A stretch of 64,000 bases of DNA from Raja brachyura (GCA_963514005.1 OY740781.1:65658001-65722000), one strand, 5' to 3'; numbered from the stretch's first letter, positions 24,371 through 38,574 are shown. The notes: generated by a model not told the origin, from the sequence alone. Made by a program: numbers and translations.

Positions 24371-24753
24371 TGAAAAGTGCCCTTTCGACGAGTCTCTGGA
24401 ATTACTCTGATCAATATAGTTTACCAGCTTCTTCCATAACACACTGTTCGCTGGTTGGACACTTCCGCTGTGGTATTGTCACAAATGCCAGCTCGACCTC
24501 TCCTACACTGCTTAAAAAAGCCTCTGTCTCAAAAGGAAAGTGTGTTGTAGGCACAATTTTGAGCAGATTTCAGTGAAGATGTTCTTAGTAAAAATGCAGG
24601 AATCACAAAATGTGGTCCTTGGTGGTATGGATGGAGAATTGCTCCTTGAGAGCCCTTCTTCCCCTTTTCTCATTTTTCCACTAGACTGCCTCCCTCTGCT
24701 TATTTTCCCAATCACACAATACAGTAATGAGAACAGCGGATATTATGCCCACA

Positions 24754-24885
24754 TGTAGGAAAGAACTGCAGATACTCGTTAACATTAAAGGTAGACACAA
24801 AATGCTGGAGTAACTCAGTGGGACAAGCAGTATCTCTGGAGAGAAGGAATGGGCGACGTTTTGGGTTGAGACCCTTCTTCAGTCT
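24754..24885 (-). mobile_element. Penelope pLTR with decayed hammerhead motif
   Basis: aggaaagaactgcagat...gtagacacaaaatgctggagtaactcag...gacgttttgggttgagacccttcttcag. Confidence 0.8.
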
Positions 24886-25314
24886 ACAAACAATATGAAC
24901 TTTGCACTACTATAGTTGCTCTATGTACTTGTGTTTCTCTTATGGTATCATGGTTGAGTTTAGAATAATTGATAATTTATTGTATATCCATTGCTGTTGC
25001 TGTTGCTTATAATGTGTTTGTAAACTACAACAAGTAAGGACTTAATAGTTCTAGTTCATATCTAGTGCAAATCTTCACCCTTTAGCTATACCACGCTTGG
25101 CTTCTTTGTAGCTTCAATCCTTTCAATGACACTGTTGAGTGAGTCTTCCTGCTACTGAACATGCATTATGTGCACAGAGTTACCACAGGTGCTAGGTACA
25201 AGTGACTTCTGTTGAATCAATGCTCATGACAACTGTGGAAACTGGAATCACATCTGCTGTTTGAAGTCTGTATGCTAATTCCCTTTATAATCTGGCCCAT
25301 CTGTGTAGCTCCTG

Positions 25315-25495
25315 TCTGAGAAGGTCGTTGATGCAGGTACAATAACAACATTTAAAAGATACTTCAATTGAGTAGGAAAGGTTTGGAGGGAAATGGACCA
25401 AATGTGGGCAAATGGGACTAACTTATAGATGGGGCATCTTGGTCAGCATGGACAAATTGGGTCAAAGGGCCTGTTTCCATGCTGTATGACTCTAA
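25315..25495 (+). mobile_element. CR1 3' end
   Basis: gatgcaggtacaataacaacatttaaaaga...gggcctgtttccatgctgtatgactct. Confidence 0.8.
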
Positions 25496-26364
25496 TAGCT
25501 TATTGCTTGCAATTACATTTCAATTGTTTTAACCTTTTACTCATGTCATCAATTAATCTTCACTACTAATTATATGCGTGCTCAATATTTAAGTTCAAAT
25601 CTAACTATGACCTTAACGTTAATGAACAATTGTTAATTCATGACCATGCTAGCGATCCTCAATAATTAAGGAGGTTTATGCACTCAGGTTTTTATGTAAA
25701 TGTTGAAGCTGCAAGCAGAAATGCAAATATAATCAAACTAGAGATTTAATGCTCGAGTTCAATAAGCAAATTTAAGCATCCTTAAATCGTTGGCACAGAA
25801 CTTCAAATATTCTCTTGACGAGGTTAAAGTGAAGGGGTTAACATTCCATGTGACATTTCAGCTAAGTGTTCGCATCATAGTATTGATCCTGGTGTTCCGG
25901 CACATTTAGTTTGTTTATTACTGGTTTAAAAATTAACAGCTTTAAAGGCATAATTAGTTTTAATTGCAAATGATCAAAATCGTACTTCATAATCTATTGC
26001 AGATCACATTTGTAAATTAGTCACTTGATAGGGAGACACCAACTGCTTTTCAAAATAACTATAGAGGCTGTATTTTCTATTAAAACTATCATAAAACAAT
26101 CAAATCATATCATATTTGTACAAGAAGCAAAGTACTGTAGAGGTTGGAAATCAAAATTGAAAATGTTAAAAAACACATTGTCGACAACACTATAAATGTG
26201 GAGACAGGACTTCACAGTCAAAGTTTCAGGTTGAATTAATCCGAAGCATTCACACAATCTTCCTCTCTCCAAATGCTGACCAAAATGCTGAAAGAATTGT
26301 TTGTGGTTCTTCCCATATTTGTTCATTTATCCAGTTTTGTTACTCTGACGTAAAGTCATACGGA

Positions 26365-26860
26365 AAATGAGTAGAATTAGGCCATTCAGCCCATCACATC
26401 TACTCTGCCATTCAATCATGGCTGATCTATCTCTCCCTCCTAACCCCATTCTCCTGCCTTCTCCCCATAACCTCTGACACAGGTACCAATCAGGAATCTA
26501 TCTATCTCTGTCTTAAAATATCCACTGTCTTGGCCCCCACAAGCCTTCTGGGACATAGAATTCCATAGATACACCACCTTCCGACTACAGAAATTTCTCC
26601 TCATCTCCTTCCTAAAAGAACATCCTTCAATTCTGAGGCAATGACCTCCAGTCCTAGACTCTTCCACAAGCGGAAACATCCTCTCCACATCCACTATATC
26701 CAAGCCTTTCACTATTCAGTGTGTTTCCATGAGGTCCCCCCTCATTCTTCTAAACTCCAGCGAAAACAGGCCCAGTGCTGACAAACGCTCATCATAGGCT
26801 AATCTACTCATTCCTGAGATCATTCTTGTAAACCTCCTCTGGACCCTCTCCAGAGCCTGA
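26365..26860 (-). mobile_element. CR1 3' fragment
   Basis: ALERVQRRFTRMI..LGLFSLEFRRMRGDL, KGLDIVDVERMFP..RGYGEKAGEWG. Confidence 0.9.
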
Positions 26861-29029
26861 ACAGATCGATCAGAGTGAACAAAATCTACTGTTGACAGCA
26901 ATAAGTTACTGCTGATGAGAAATGCTACCCAACCACGTGGTAAATTCCATAGTTCAATTACAGCAGAAACATTTTGAGAGAACAACTTTTAAAAAAGGAG
27001 AGGGGTGAGATCAGATCATAATAAGGTTAAATGAGGAACATTGAGAAAAAATCAAGTGAAGTCAGTTTTTCAGGTCAGTATCTCAGTATCGCAGTGTTAA
27101 AATTACACTACACGGTTGTCCCTATTTGTTACCCGTATTGATTTGTCAAGTAATTGCTGCATTTATTTCGAAATCAAGCTATTCTCTATTTCTCAATGAA
27201 AAGATTTAGGTTAAATAAGCACTAAGAAAAAGTGAATGTAGTTGCTTCATTCTGTTAAAGACAATAAGTTCTGATACTTAAGCATATGTTGAATGAAGGG
27301 CTGTGTAACATACTTGTACAAGCGATTAATCAGAATACACAGTGGAGGAAATCAATGTAAATTGCATCCAACGGTGTGCTCTGACACAGAAATCCAACGC
27401 CATCCAGTTGATTTAACATCCTTATTCACAAAGAAGTCAATAGATGTGAATGTTTAACTATAAATGTTTTATAGTGATAAGGATTTGGAACACTTGTATT
27501 TGAAGTTCAACATTTTATGCTCCAATGAAGCAATCGGAATAAAGCTGTCCAAACTAGTTAACCAGTCATTAAACACCATTTGCAGTACAGACAAAAAAAG
27601 ACTGTCTTGGTGCCATGCAATATATGATTTGTAGGCAATTTCAATTACAAAATAATCATATATGGTTATTTAAAGTTTTGTATTACTTGTAACATTCAAA
27701 AGTGTAGCACCGTGCATTTATGAATGCACCCGAGGTACACAATAACAAGGTCAATCTTTGTGCAAGGTTCATTTCACATCTGTCCTGACATATTAATATG
27801 TTTATATGCAGAGAATATACCTTATGAACATCATACAGGATAACCACCCTGGTGAACAGGGGAAGGCCAATGTTGCGAAAGTCATCCCCTTAATTACTTG
27901 CAAATTTACTTGGAATTGAGTTGGAAGAAAATTTGAAAGGCTGTGGCATGGTCTGGAATAGTCAAGACTGTGGAATTTGAGGTGATAGTTGCTGGTAATT
28001 TCTGGTTAAATGTGTATGTTTTAATGGTGTAGCTCTATGCTGATCAAGAGCAAGAAGAGATGTACTGAAAGCAAGGACCCCTTGCCTTTCCTGGTGAAGA
28101 GACAAATGAAGGCGTCGAAGATCGGTTATAGCCAAGAAGATATATATCCAAGGTGAAAAATTCATAAAGGCTAAGATTTCCAAAATAACTGATTCTTGAT
28201 GGACAAGGATCCCTGGATCCCAGAGTCTTTTCCCCGCATAAGATTTGTCACCAGCTGAGGCAGACCCTCCGCCATCAGCCTATGCTTGGATGCCTTTGCC
28301 TGCAGATATGATAGTCACAATGGTCCTGGAATTCACCTATGGATCACATGAGACAGCAGTGGTTAATATATGTAGCACCTCCAAGTTTTTAGTTACCTCG
28401 TACTGGGGACTGTTTATTCAAGGACTTTGTCGTATCTCCTTTATTAAAGCTTTAAGTTTTACCTGCATTGGTTCAGTAGGTGAAAGACATGGCAGACATG
28501 GTACTAAAGAAACCACCAACAAAAAAGGTTGCAACTCCCTGAATGTATAGATAGCGTTTTCATGTTAATACTGCCCTGCACCTGCAAAATTCATATCATG
28601 CATCCAGTCATTTCGAGGCAGTCTGCTATGCATGCCTATCATTCAACAGCTGCTGTACCAGACTGACTCACTTGGAGATAAGTGCTATCCTTGGCTCTTC
28701 ACTCATGCTAAAAGTCCTAAAGGGTATCATTAAACTCAGAATCCAAGGCCTTAGGACCATTGTAGAGTTGACATTCCGGGTATTCAGATGGGTGTAGCTG
28801 GGGTTGATGATAAAGATAAAGGAAGTAGAATGTAAGAGCTTTTAAAAAAGAGAGACCCTTTTAGTTCGGGCAGCCAGGATACGCCTTATTTTCGTACAGT
28901 TCAGACAATAATCCAACTCCAATGAACGACAGCTGGTTGAATGAGTCAGTTTATGCTGCCTTGCAGATGTAGTTCACCAAAGTTTGGATTTGGAAGGATA
29001 TATGCCAAGGCACTCTCACATTACACAAG

Positions 29030-29640
29030 TGCTGAGCAATTACTAAATCCAGCAAGAGGAATTCTGACAATTTCTCCCTGACATTTAATGGCATTGCCGT
29101 TGCCCATTCTGCAACAACTTGGGGGTTATTATTAACTAGAGATTGCCATGGATCGGGTGCTGCTCTTAATTACTCTGGCAGCAGGGATACATCAGATCCA
29201 GCATCTCCACATGGCAGTCAGGATTGCAAGAGAGGTACCAAGTAGAGTTATGAAGACATTAAAGGAGCTTGAATTGAGTTAGGACCGTTGAGAGGTGCCC
29301 CCATCCACCATTCTCAGCATTCACTACTGACTGCACCCAGCCATTTGCTGCTGCTTGTGACATCTGCTGAACGGATGTCAACAACAAGTTTCTTCAGCAG
29401 CACACTGTAAAGCTCAATCTCTAAGAGCCAGGAAAGCAACAGCAGGTATTACTTATGTACCTGAAGCACAAGATGATCTCAAATTCACACACTGTATGAG
29501 CTGAAAATTCATTCCTGTTCCTCTGTGGTTCTTTAGTTACAATCAGAGAGTTGTCAACATAACATCATTGCAGGAATTCTTGCTGGTAATAATCATTAAA
29601 TGCTGACCTTTCAGTGCCATCCACATCCCCTGCGTGATTA
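29030..29640 (+). mobile_element. Ancient, highly diverged LINE (CR1/L2 group) remnant
   Basis: ccctgacatttaatggcatt...cttgggggtta and ccccatccacc..cattcact resemble old chondrichthyan LINE RT C-terminal sequence (recalled). No ORF. Confidence 0.4.
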
Positions 29641-29834
29641 TGAATAGTCATCATTTTGTGATGACCCTCAAGTGACCCAGCTCCCAAGATGCCATCATTT
29701 CGTTGTTGATCATTTCATTTCAATGCAAATCATTAATATACAGTAAGCAACAAAATCAACCTACCAAACAATCTTATACACTCAATAACTAAGATATACA
29801 ATTGTTGACCAGTCATCTGTGTACATGACTAAAG

Positions 29835-30030
29835 TGTGGGAAGGAGCTGCAGATGCTGGCTTACACTTAAGATAGACACAAACTGCTGGAGTAACTCAGT
29901 TGGGACAGGCAGCATCTTTGGAGAGAAGGAATGAGTGAAAAAGGGTCTAAACCGGAAATGTCACTCATTCCTTCTATCCAGAGATGCTGCCTGTCCCACT
30001 GGTTTACACCAGCATTTTGGGTCTTTCGAC
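29835..30030. mobile_element. Inverted Penelope pLTR pair
   Basis: gggacaggcagcatctttggagagaaggaatgagtga ... tcactcattccttctatccagagatgctgcctgtccc form a hairpin around a decayed hammerhead core. Confidence 0.8.
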
Positions 30031-31210
30031 ATGACCAATGTACCTAGTTTCTGTATTGTTATGGCTGCCCCATTTCCTCTACACAGTGCTACCACAGCTT
30101 GGTGGCTCCCTTGCAGCAGAGGAGGTGGTGGATAGCTGTAAAGCTGGACCTTGAGCAGCTCTGGGCCTCCAGGCTGCTTCACGGCGTGGGCTGGCTGGTT
30201 CACAGGCTACAGCAAGGGTAACATCGGAGTGGAAATGGTGGGAGTATAAAAATAATCTTCCTGAGGTTAGTAGATCCTTCAGAGAACAGAAACTATAAAC
30301 CTAGTGGAATATCTCTCCACTAGTCCATAACTGCAGTCGGTTAAATTGCACAACCATCTCCAGAAAAATAGAGGCAAGTTATTAAAGTTAGTTAGTGAAG
30401 GTATTGCAATGTATCTGTGGGATGAAGCTAACATGGTTCAATGGCTGGACATGTCTAGGCAATGAAACATGCCTTTGACTTTGAGTTGTGGAAGACATGT
30501 GAGTGGGAAGTAGCTATACAGATTTTGAGCAGGAATGATGATCAATAGAAGCTGTTGATAGACAAATGTTGGATGTATTGGAGTAGTGTGCAAGGGAGTT
30601 GTGTCTTTTGATGCAGAGGATTTGTTGCCACATTCACTCACCTTGATCCTATTTGTGAAGTCATTAATCTCTTGCAATGCTGGAACTAGGTCTTTGGGCC
30701 ATTACTCCGAGCACCCCCAAAGGACACCTTCCCAATAACACTTAATTTCTAAGCTGGGGGTAGGGGGACATTATGGGCCCTTAAATAATGTTCAAGCTGC
30801 AAGGTCCACATTCCTTGCCTCGCCAAACATTGTGTACAGACTGCTTTGCAAGTTACACTGTGATTTCAAGGTGTAGTCACAGGTGTAAGCTTCATTCTGA
30901 GGGGAGGTAAGACAGGGTACCAAATAACAGGGGGGTTTATTTCATCATTGACATTTTATTTAGAGTCTGAGTCATAAGGGATGGTAAAAAACTCTTTGAT
31001 TAAAATCGTCCATGCCAACCAATTTTATAACTGAGGATGTCATATTTTTCTCTGTTTGCCACAATCCTTCTGATCCTTTCCTATCCATCTACTTCTCTAA
31101 ATGCTCTTTAAACATCACCTCTTGTCAACGTACTTGGCTGCAGTTAGCTGGCATACAGTATCAGGAAATTAATTCTCATAATACATAGAACATAGAACAT
31201 TGGAACAGTC

Positions 31211-33130
31211 TGTAATGAGTCGAGTCGTACACATGTCAAGATAGAACACATATTTATTAAAGCCCACTTATAGCATTGGACTGCAGGACATTACATTAAC
31301 TAGCAGCTACTCAGACTGAATTACATAAGCGAACTCCTGGTAATATAAATCGCATATTAGGCTGAGCTACTACTAACAAGCACTACAATTGGTTAGTAGG
31401 AAATAACCAATCTACATCTTTCCTTGTAGAAACAAAATAAAGCAGATACGTGGAAACATGGTGGCTAAACAATACAGCAGCCGAAACGTTAATAACGCTT
31501 ATGGGGAAGTATAGATGGTTACACAAAATCGCCGTATCTAATGGGTGGCCTGCTGACCCGTCCGGCACGTGTGCGGTACGAATCCGTATCTTCTCCTTTC
31601 ACTGGTGAAGTGACTGGAGCGGGGACCGGGGATGTGACCAGGGACGGCACCGGAGACCTGCTGGGTGGAGATGGTGAAATAGGCGAGCATGGCGCTGAAT
31701 GCCGTGGAGAGGCCGCGGAGGACACTGTCTCTGGCTGAGGAGAAGCCGGCCCGGGTTGTGTGAGGGTATACAAAATGCGAGAACTCTAGATATGGAGTCG
31801 CAGGATGCGGTTCCTTCACAGCAAGGAGATGTTGACGGGTGCGTCTGTAAATGGCCCCGTCCGCGCTAACCAGGTAGGAGCGTGGTTCTTTGGCAGGGCT
31901 GTGGATGTGACCCAGATGGCCATAGCCCTTGTTGGTCTGGAGGCGAACAACCTGTCCACTGGATTGAGGTTTAAGTGGCTTGCTGGACTTGTCAAAAAAA
32001 CGTTTTTCTGCATCATGCTTGAATTGTTGTTGTTTCTGGACTGCGGGCGGGCGGAAAATGGACCTGTGGCTGCAGAAGCTGTTGGGGTACAGGCAGGGCA
32101 GCGCGTGTTTGACGAGACATCAGTCGTTGGGCTGGGGAACCTAATATGGGATCCCTGGCAATGTTCCTTAAATTGAGCAGGTCTAGGTAGACGACAGATT
32201 TAGCAAGATAACAATGATCCATTAGTGGTTTTGCGCTTCCGACGTCCCTTTCTGCGACTCCGTTGGACTGCGGAACCTCAGGAATCTGCCGTTGTCGGAT
32301 TGAAGGCGTGCAGGGGAACCGTGCACGGAGAAATGGCATGGCAACTTCTGGATAACTGCTCCAGATGTGATGGTTTGGAGTAGATCAATGTCAAACCAGC
32401 CCGAATACGAGTCAACGAGAACCAGATAATGTTTCCCATGCCATTCGAATATGTCGGTAACTACGGTAGAGGAGGAACCGGGTGCGGCAGTAAGGGCTGC
32501 TTCCACTGGTGTGGCGCCAGGCTTTTGCAGTTGGCGCATACTTCAGTTTTGTCATGTATGTACTTGTTCACACCAGGACAGTAAACCATGCTCTGTGCCC
32601 ATTGTAAGGTTGCCACTGCACCGGGGTGGCCCCTGTGGATGGCACTTGTCCTGAACAACGGCTGGGACAACTGCTTTGTGACCCTTGACTATAATCCCAT
32701 CCTGTAACACCAGTTCATCACGAACCAGGAAGTATGGGCGGATCACGTGCGGGTGCTGTGTTGTTTATCCCGCCAGCCACGCTGGATGACTGCGGACAGC
32801 AATTGTAAAGTCTCGTCAGCAGCCGTGTGTTCTACCAGTGGGAACATACGATATCTTCATTACTGAGAACTGGTCCTGTTCAGAAGGCTGTTGTTCACTG
32901 GTTTTGCATGGGGCCCTTGATAGCTTGTTGGCTATGTGCATGTCCTTGCCTTTTTTGTAAACAATGTTGAAATCAAAATGCTGCAGCTGCATCATCATCC
33001 GTTGCAGGAGAGCCGGAGCAGCATGGATGGGTTTATTCAAGATAGTGACCAGCGGCTGGTGGTCTGTTTCTATAGTCCCAGACTTCCCAAAAATAAAGTC
33101 TTTGAATTTCGTGCAGGTGAAAAACTACGC
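31211..33130 (-). mobile_element. Gypsy/Ty3 LTR retrotransposon 3' remnant (RNase H-integrase plus 3' LTR)
   Basis: Minus-strand TDHQPLV..LNKPIHAAP..LQRMMMQLQ (RNase H), IHRGHPG..C..C (zinc-binding), DIFEWHGKHYLVLVDSYS, SDNG, PQSNGVAER, SPAQRLMSR, RTRAGRVSRPP. LTR TGTA...TACA at 31211-31416 with AATAAA on the minus strand and an adjacent PPT (tctttcctt on +). Confidence 0.9.
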
Positions 33131-34089
33131 CCTTAATGTTTGTGCTGAACATAATGTTAAGAGAAACTCTCATCTGCGCACTATGCATTCCCCTTCATTC
33201 GCAGCATGATAATGTACCATGCAAAGAAATATGCACAATTGGCACTACATAAATGCTAAAAATCATTGAAGAGGCGTGCACATGAATTTTAAGTAGAAGC
33301 AGCACGGCAACAAATGGGTCAGATGCAAACTGCTGTATTACCACATATAATTGAACGTTTTGGCAAATAATTCATAACCATAATAATCACAGAACGTCAA
33401 AATACTACAACCATTAAACCAGCCTAACTATCAAAGAGCAATGGCAAACTATATCAAATAGGAATTCTTATTAATGGAAAAATTCTTTGAGCTATAGAAC
33501 AGCTTTACACCATTGGTCACCGAAGCAGCATTTGCTATCTTCATACTGACACATTCTAATGTCACTTCTCATTGGTGTTAACATTCTTCATGGTTTAATA
33601 CAATTCAGCACAGATGTCCACGTTATTGCAAAATGGGTTGCCATTCATTCTAACTGCACTTTCATCATCAACCACTGCTTATGTAAGAAAAATCCTATGA
33701 CAATTAGTTTCAATTGAACGCGCACTCATTGTAATAAAAGTATAATGTAATCATAATAACCAGCTCATTACAAACAGAGTTAACCAAACAGATACCAGCT
33801 TGAGGATGCTTATCATTGCGATGTCTTTGACTCCTGCCCTAGGTTCCTCCCCCAAACTAGGTAGCCAGCTGCACTAACACTGAAACCTACAAAGGAATTG
33901 TGCCAGAAATGCCATCACGGAGTCTTCCATTCAAATAATTAAATATAACTAAAAACACAAGGCAAAACAAGGCACTCGGATAGTTAGTTCCAAACATTAT
34001 GGAATTAGGAAATTATATGTGCAATCGAAGCCAGTTGTGAAATTGCCCAATTAGTTTTCCCAATCGCAGCAGTTTCCCATTAAATACCT

Positions 34090-34716
34090 ACAAAAAACAT
34101 AATGGTTGAACTCCCAAAGATAGCTGTTATTGTGTGCAGTTTGTGTGAAGAAAAGCATTCTGTACACCTGCTTCTCCACCTTTCTATCTATGCTGCCACA
34201 TTGAGGGTTCTTTGGAACCTGTACACCAAGGATCACTATGATTGTACACAATTAACAATACCACCAATTATCTGTTCCCTGGAAGATCACTAATTATGTA
34301 TCCTGCATTAACAAAAAGCAAGGGTTCCAGCAGCACTCCCTGTAGTACACCGCTAGTCACAGGCTTCCAATCACAAGAGTGAAGTTCCACCATCATCCTC
34401 CCTTTCCTGTTATCAAACCAATTTGCCAACTTGCCTTGGAAATTCATGTCACTCCCATTAGCTGCATTGTCCCCATCAATATATTTCATTACCTCTTCAA
34501 AAAAAAATCAATGAATATAGTTGGAACAAGATTTGAAATTTTCATAGAATCATAGAAAATAGGTGCAGGAGTAGGCCATTCAGTCCTTCGAGCCTGCACT
34601 GCCCATTCAATATGATCATGGCTGATCATCCAACTCAGTATCCTGTACCTGCCTTCTCTCCATACCCCCTAATCCCTTTAGCCACAAGGGCCACATCTAG
34701 CTCCCTCTTAAATATA
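34090..34716 (-). mobile_element. Old CR1 RT fragment plus young CR1 3' end (34545-34716)
   Basis: WKPVTSGVLQGVLLEPLLF. 34545-34716 closely matches the reverse complement of about 18435-18610. Confidence 0.8.
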
Positions 34717-35726
34717 GTGGACCATTTTCTAACATTGTCCATTCTAATACCAATTTCATGGATATTTTATCAAGCAGCAGTTATTTTTATTTTTAGGAGT
34801 ATAAACATTAATGCAATTAAAGCAGATTGTTCATCGATTCAACATTGCTTTCTTGTAAACCGAGCATTTAAAATGCAAGGTTAAGGTACATATAATCAAA
34901 TGAGATTTCATTGTCACTATTTACATGAGTTAGCAGTCACATCTGACTCCTGATTTGTTCTGAAGTTCTTTATCTGGTCTGTTATACAATACTGTATGTA
35001 CATATTATAATCCTCTAAATATGTGCTTTCTCACTGAATACAAAGCATGCATATGGATACATACAATAGTCAATGTTGCTACAAGAAATAAATATAATAA
35101 TCAAGGTGATGAAAATCAAGATTAATGTGCGTTAAAGTAATGGTCTGTTGGGGGAATGCTGCAACTAAGCTGGAGCGGAACTAGGACACGGGTAATTAGA
35201 ATAAAATACTGAACCTCCTCAGCTTGTCTTTGTTTTTCACTTTGTAGTTCTTCTGGGATTTCAGAAGAGGAGGCGATTCTGAACCTCCCATCAATGTCTT
35301 CTCCATGTCATCTGGCAGAGATCCAGAATTAAAGGCATTTCCTGGAGGTTCAACCTATCTCCCTCCAAAGTTTTGGCAGTAGTTTGAAAGAACTAAGTTA
35401 AGAGATTGATACAGAAGTGGGGAAATTTAATTACCATGGCCTGGTTTGATGGAGAAGCTGATGGCACACCTGACTGCTGTGCTAGAACCAAATATAGATA
35501 TTTATAATCCTTAATTATATTGAATATAATTTAAAATATTATACTAGATTAGTTTTAACCTACCAATGTAGATCACCACTTGAAGGCCTCCATCTCAAGC
35601 TAAAAACTCAATCCTCATGACAGACTTCTGACACCAGTGGTCAACCTCAAAGCTGCCCTCAATCCCTTTGGTGTTTGAACATGTTACTAGTTTATCGATC
35701 AGACCAGTATAAGAAATCAAGATGTA

Positions 35727-38251
35727 CAGTGCATACAGAAAGTATTCAGACCCCTTCACCTTTTCCACATTTTGTTACATTGCAGCCTTATTTTAAAATG
35801 AATTATATTCATTTTTTTTTATCATCAATCTACATACAATACCCCAGAATGAAGAAGCAAAAACAGGTGTTTCGAAATGTTTGCAAAGTAGTTAAAAAAT
35901 AAATAACTGAAATATCACATTTCCATAAGTATTCAGACCCTTTGCTACGACATTCAAAGTTGAGCTTAGGTGCATCCTGTTTCCATTGATTATTCTTGAG
36001 ATGTTTCTGCAACATGATCGGAGTCCACCAGTGGTAAATTAAATTGATTGCACATGATTTAGAAAGGCACACACCTGTTCATATAAGGTACCACAGTTGA
36101 CAGTGCTTGTCAGAGCAAAAACCAAGCCATGAAGATGGAAGAATTGTCCGTAGCCTCTGAGACAGGGTTGTGTCTAGACACAGATCTGGGAAAGGTATAA
36201 AACAATTTCTGCAGCATTGCAGGTCCCGAAGAGCACAGTGGCCTCCATCATTCTTAAATGGAAGAACTTTGTAACCACCAGGACTCTTCATAGAGCTGGC
36301 CGCCCAGCCAAAATGAGCAATCGGGGGAGAAGGGCCTTGGTCATGGAAGTGACCGGGAACCCGATGGTCACTCTGACAGAACTCCAGGGTTCCTCTGTGG
36401 AGATGGGAGAACCTTCCAGAAGGACAACTATATCTGCAGCACCACCAATCAGGCCTTTATGGTAGTGTGGCCAGACGGAAGTCACTCCTCAGTAAAAGGC
36501 ACATGACAGCCCACTTGGAGTTTGCCAAAAGGCACTTAACGAACTCTCAGATCATAGTGCAAACTCCATCACCAAGTTCGCCAATGACACCACTGTGGTT
36601 GGATGAAACACAGATGGGAACGAGTCAGACTATAGAAGTGAGATCGACTGACTGACCAAATGGTGCCAGCACAACAACCTGGCTCTCAACATCAGTAAGA
36701 CCAAGGAACTGATTGTGGACTTTAGTAGGGAAGGATGAGGATCCACAACCCTGATTATATCAACGGGGTGATGGTGGAGAGGGTCAATAACTTCAAATTC
36801 CTGGGCGTGCATATATCAGAAGATCTTTCCTGGACCCAGCACACTGATGCAATTGTAAAGAAGGCACATCAGCTACTCTACTTCCTGAGAAGATTACATA
36901 GATTCGGCATGTCAAAGAGGATTCTCCTAAACTTCTACAGGTGCACGGTAGAGAGCATTCTGACTAGTTGCATCGTGGCCTGGTTCGGCAACTTGAACGC
37001 CCAGGAGCGAAAAAGACTACAAAAAGTTGTGACCACTGCCCAGTCCATCACCGGCTTTGACCTCTCCACCGTCTAAGGGATCTATCGTAGTCGCTGCCTC
37101 AAAAAGGCAGCCAAAATCATCAAGGAACTACACCATCCTGGCCACACATTCATTTCACCATTGCCATCAGGAAGAAGGTACAGGAGCCTGAAGACTGTAA
37201 CGTCCAGGTACAGGAACAGCTCCTTCCCCACAGCCATCAGGCTATTAAACACAATGAATCAGCTATGAGCTGCAAAAGACTATATTATTATTTGTGATTT
37301 GCACTATATTTGTTATTTATTGAACTTTTTCTTTTTTTCCCCGTTATGTACAATGTTTACATATTCACATATTCTGTTGTGCTGCAGCAAGTAAGAATTT
37401 CATTGTCCCGTCTGGGACATATGGCAATAAAACTCTCTTGACTTGACTATCTTAACTTGACATGAGAAACACGATTCTCTAGTCTGATGAAACCAAGATT
37501 GAACTCTTTGGCCTGAATGCCAAGCGTCACGTCTGGAGGAAACCGGGCACCACTCATCACCTGGCCTATACCATTCCTATGGTGATGGCAGCATCATGCT
37601 GTGGGGATGATTTTCAGCGGCAGGAACTGGGAGACCAGTCAGGATCGAGGGAAAGATGAACGGAACAAATTACAGAGAGATCCTTAATGAAAACCTGCTC
37701 CAGACCGTTCTGGACCTCAGACTGGGACGAGGTTCAACTTCCAACAGGACAGCGACCCTAAGCACACAGCCAAGACAACGCAGGGTGGCTTCGTGACAAC
37801 TCTGTGAATGTCCTTGAGTGGCCCAGCCAGACCCCGGAGTAGAACCCGATCAAACAATTCTGGAGGGATCTGAAAATAGCTGTGCATCGACGCTCCTCAT
37901 CCAACCTGAGAGAGCTTGAGAGGATCTGCAGAGAAGAATGGGAGAAATTACCCAAATACAGGTGTGCCAAGCTTGTAGCGTCACACCCAAGAAGACTTGA
38001 GGCTGTAATCGCTGCCAAAGGTGCCTCAACAAAGTACTGAGTAAAGGGTCTGACTACTTATGTAAATGTGATATTTCAGTTATTAATTACTTTGCAAACA
38101 TTTCTAAACATCTGTTTTCACTTTTTTAATTATTGGTTATTGTGTGTAGATTGATGATAACAAAAAATAATTTAATCCATTTTAAAATAAGGCTGTAACG
38201 TAACAAAATGCGGAAAAAGTGAAGGGGTCTGAATACTTTCTGAATGCATTG
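35727..38251 (+). mobile_element. Second copy of the same Tc1 family, interrupted by a Rex1 LINE
   Basis: TA-CAGTGCATACAGAAAGTATTCAGACCCC ... GGGGTCTGAATACTTTCTGAATGCATTG-TA. Transposase pieces VPKSTVASIILKWK, GRPAKMSNRGRR, SDETKIELFG. Confidence 0.96.
36556..37460 (+). mobile_element. Rex1/Babar LINE 3' fragment inside Tc1
   Basis: WCQHNNLALNISKTKELIVDF, FKFLGVHISEDLSW..KKAHQLLYFLRRL..FYRCTVESILT, (cttga)n tail. Tc1 resumes at catgagaaac. Confidence 0.92.
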
Positions 38252-38574
38252 TAGATACAAGGAACTGCAGATGCTGGTTTATAAAACAAATTACAAAGAA
38301 AACATTGTAATCGGGGCAAGGGCTACCCAGACCTCTTTACACTTTGATATAACTTGTATTGCTTGAAATGTGTTTTTCAATGTACTCTTTGCTTTGTTGG
38401 GCTGTTGATATTCAAGTCTACTGATATGTCCTGGTTGCCTTTATTCAAATCATTAACTATTTCTGCTCATGATTTCATGAAGGAATATTTTGCATGAATT
38501 TCAGCAAAGTTAAAATGAGGTCAAAAGAGGTCAAAAAATGAAACTTACAATTTCCAATTCCTTACAATTTTGGG

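Noticed and set aside
30430-30850. Possible ancient LINE remnant
   Set aside because: Too diverged to assign a family or boundaries by eye.
35250-35350. Possible + strand exon after tttttcactttgtag
   Set aside because: The donor is poor (gttcaa) and the peptide is not recognised.
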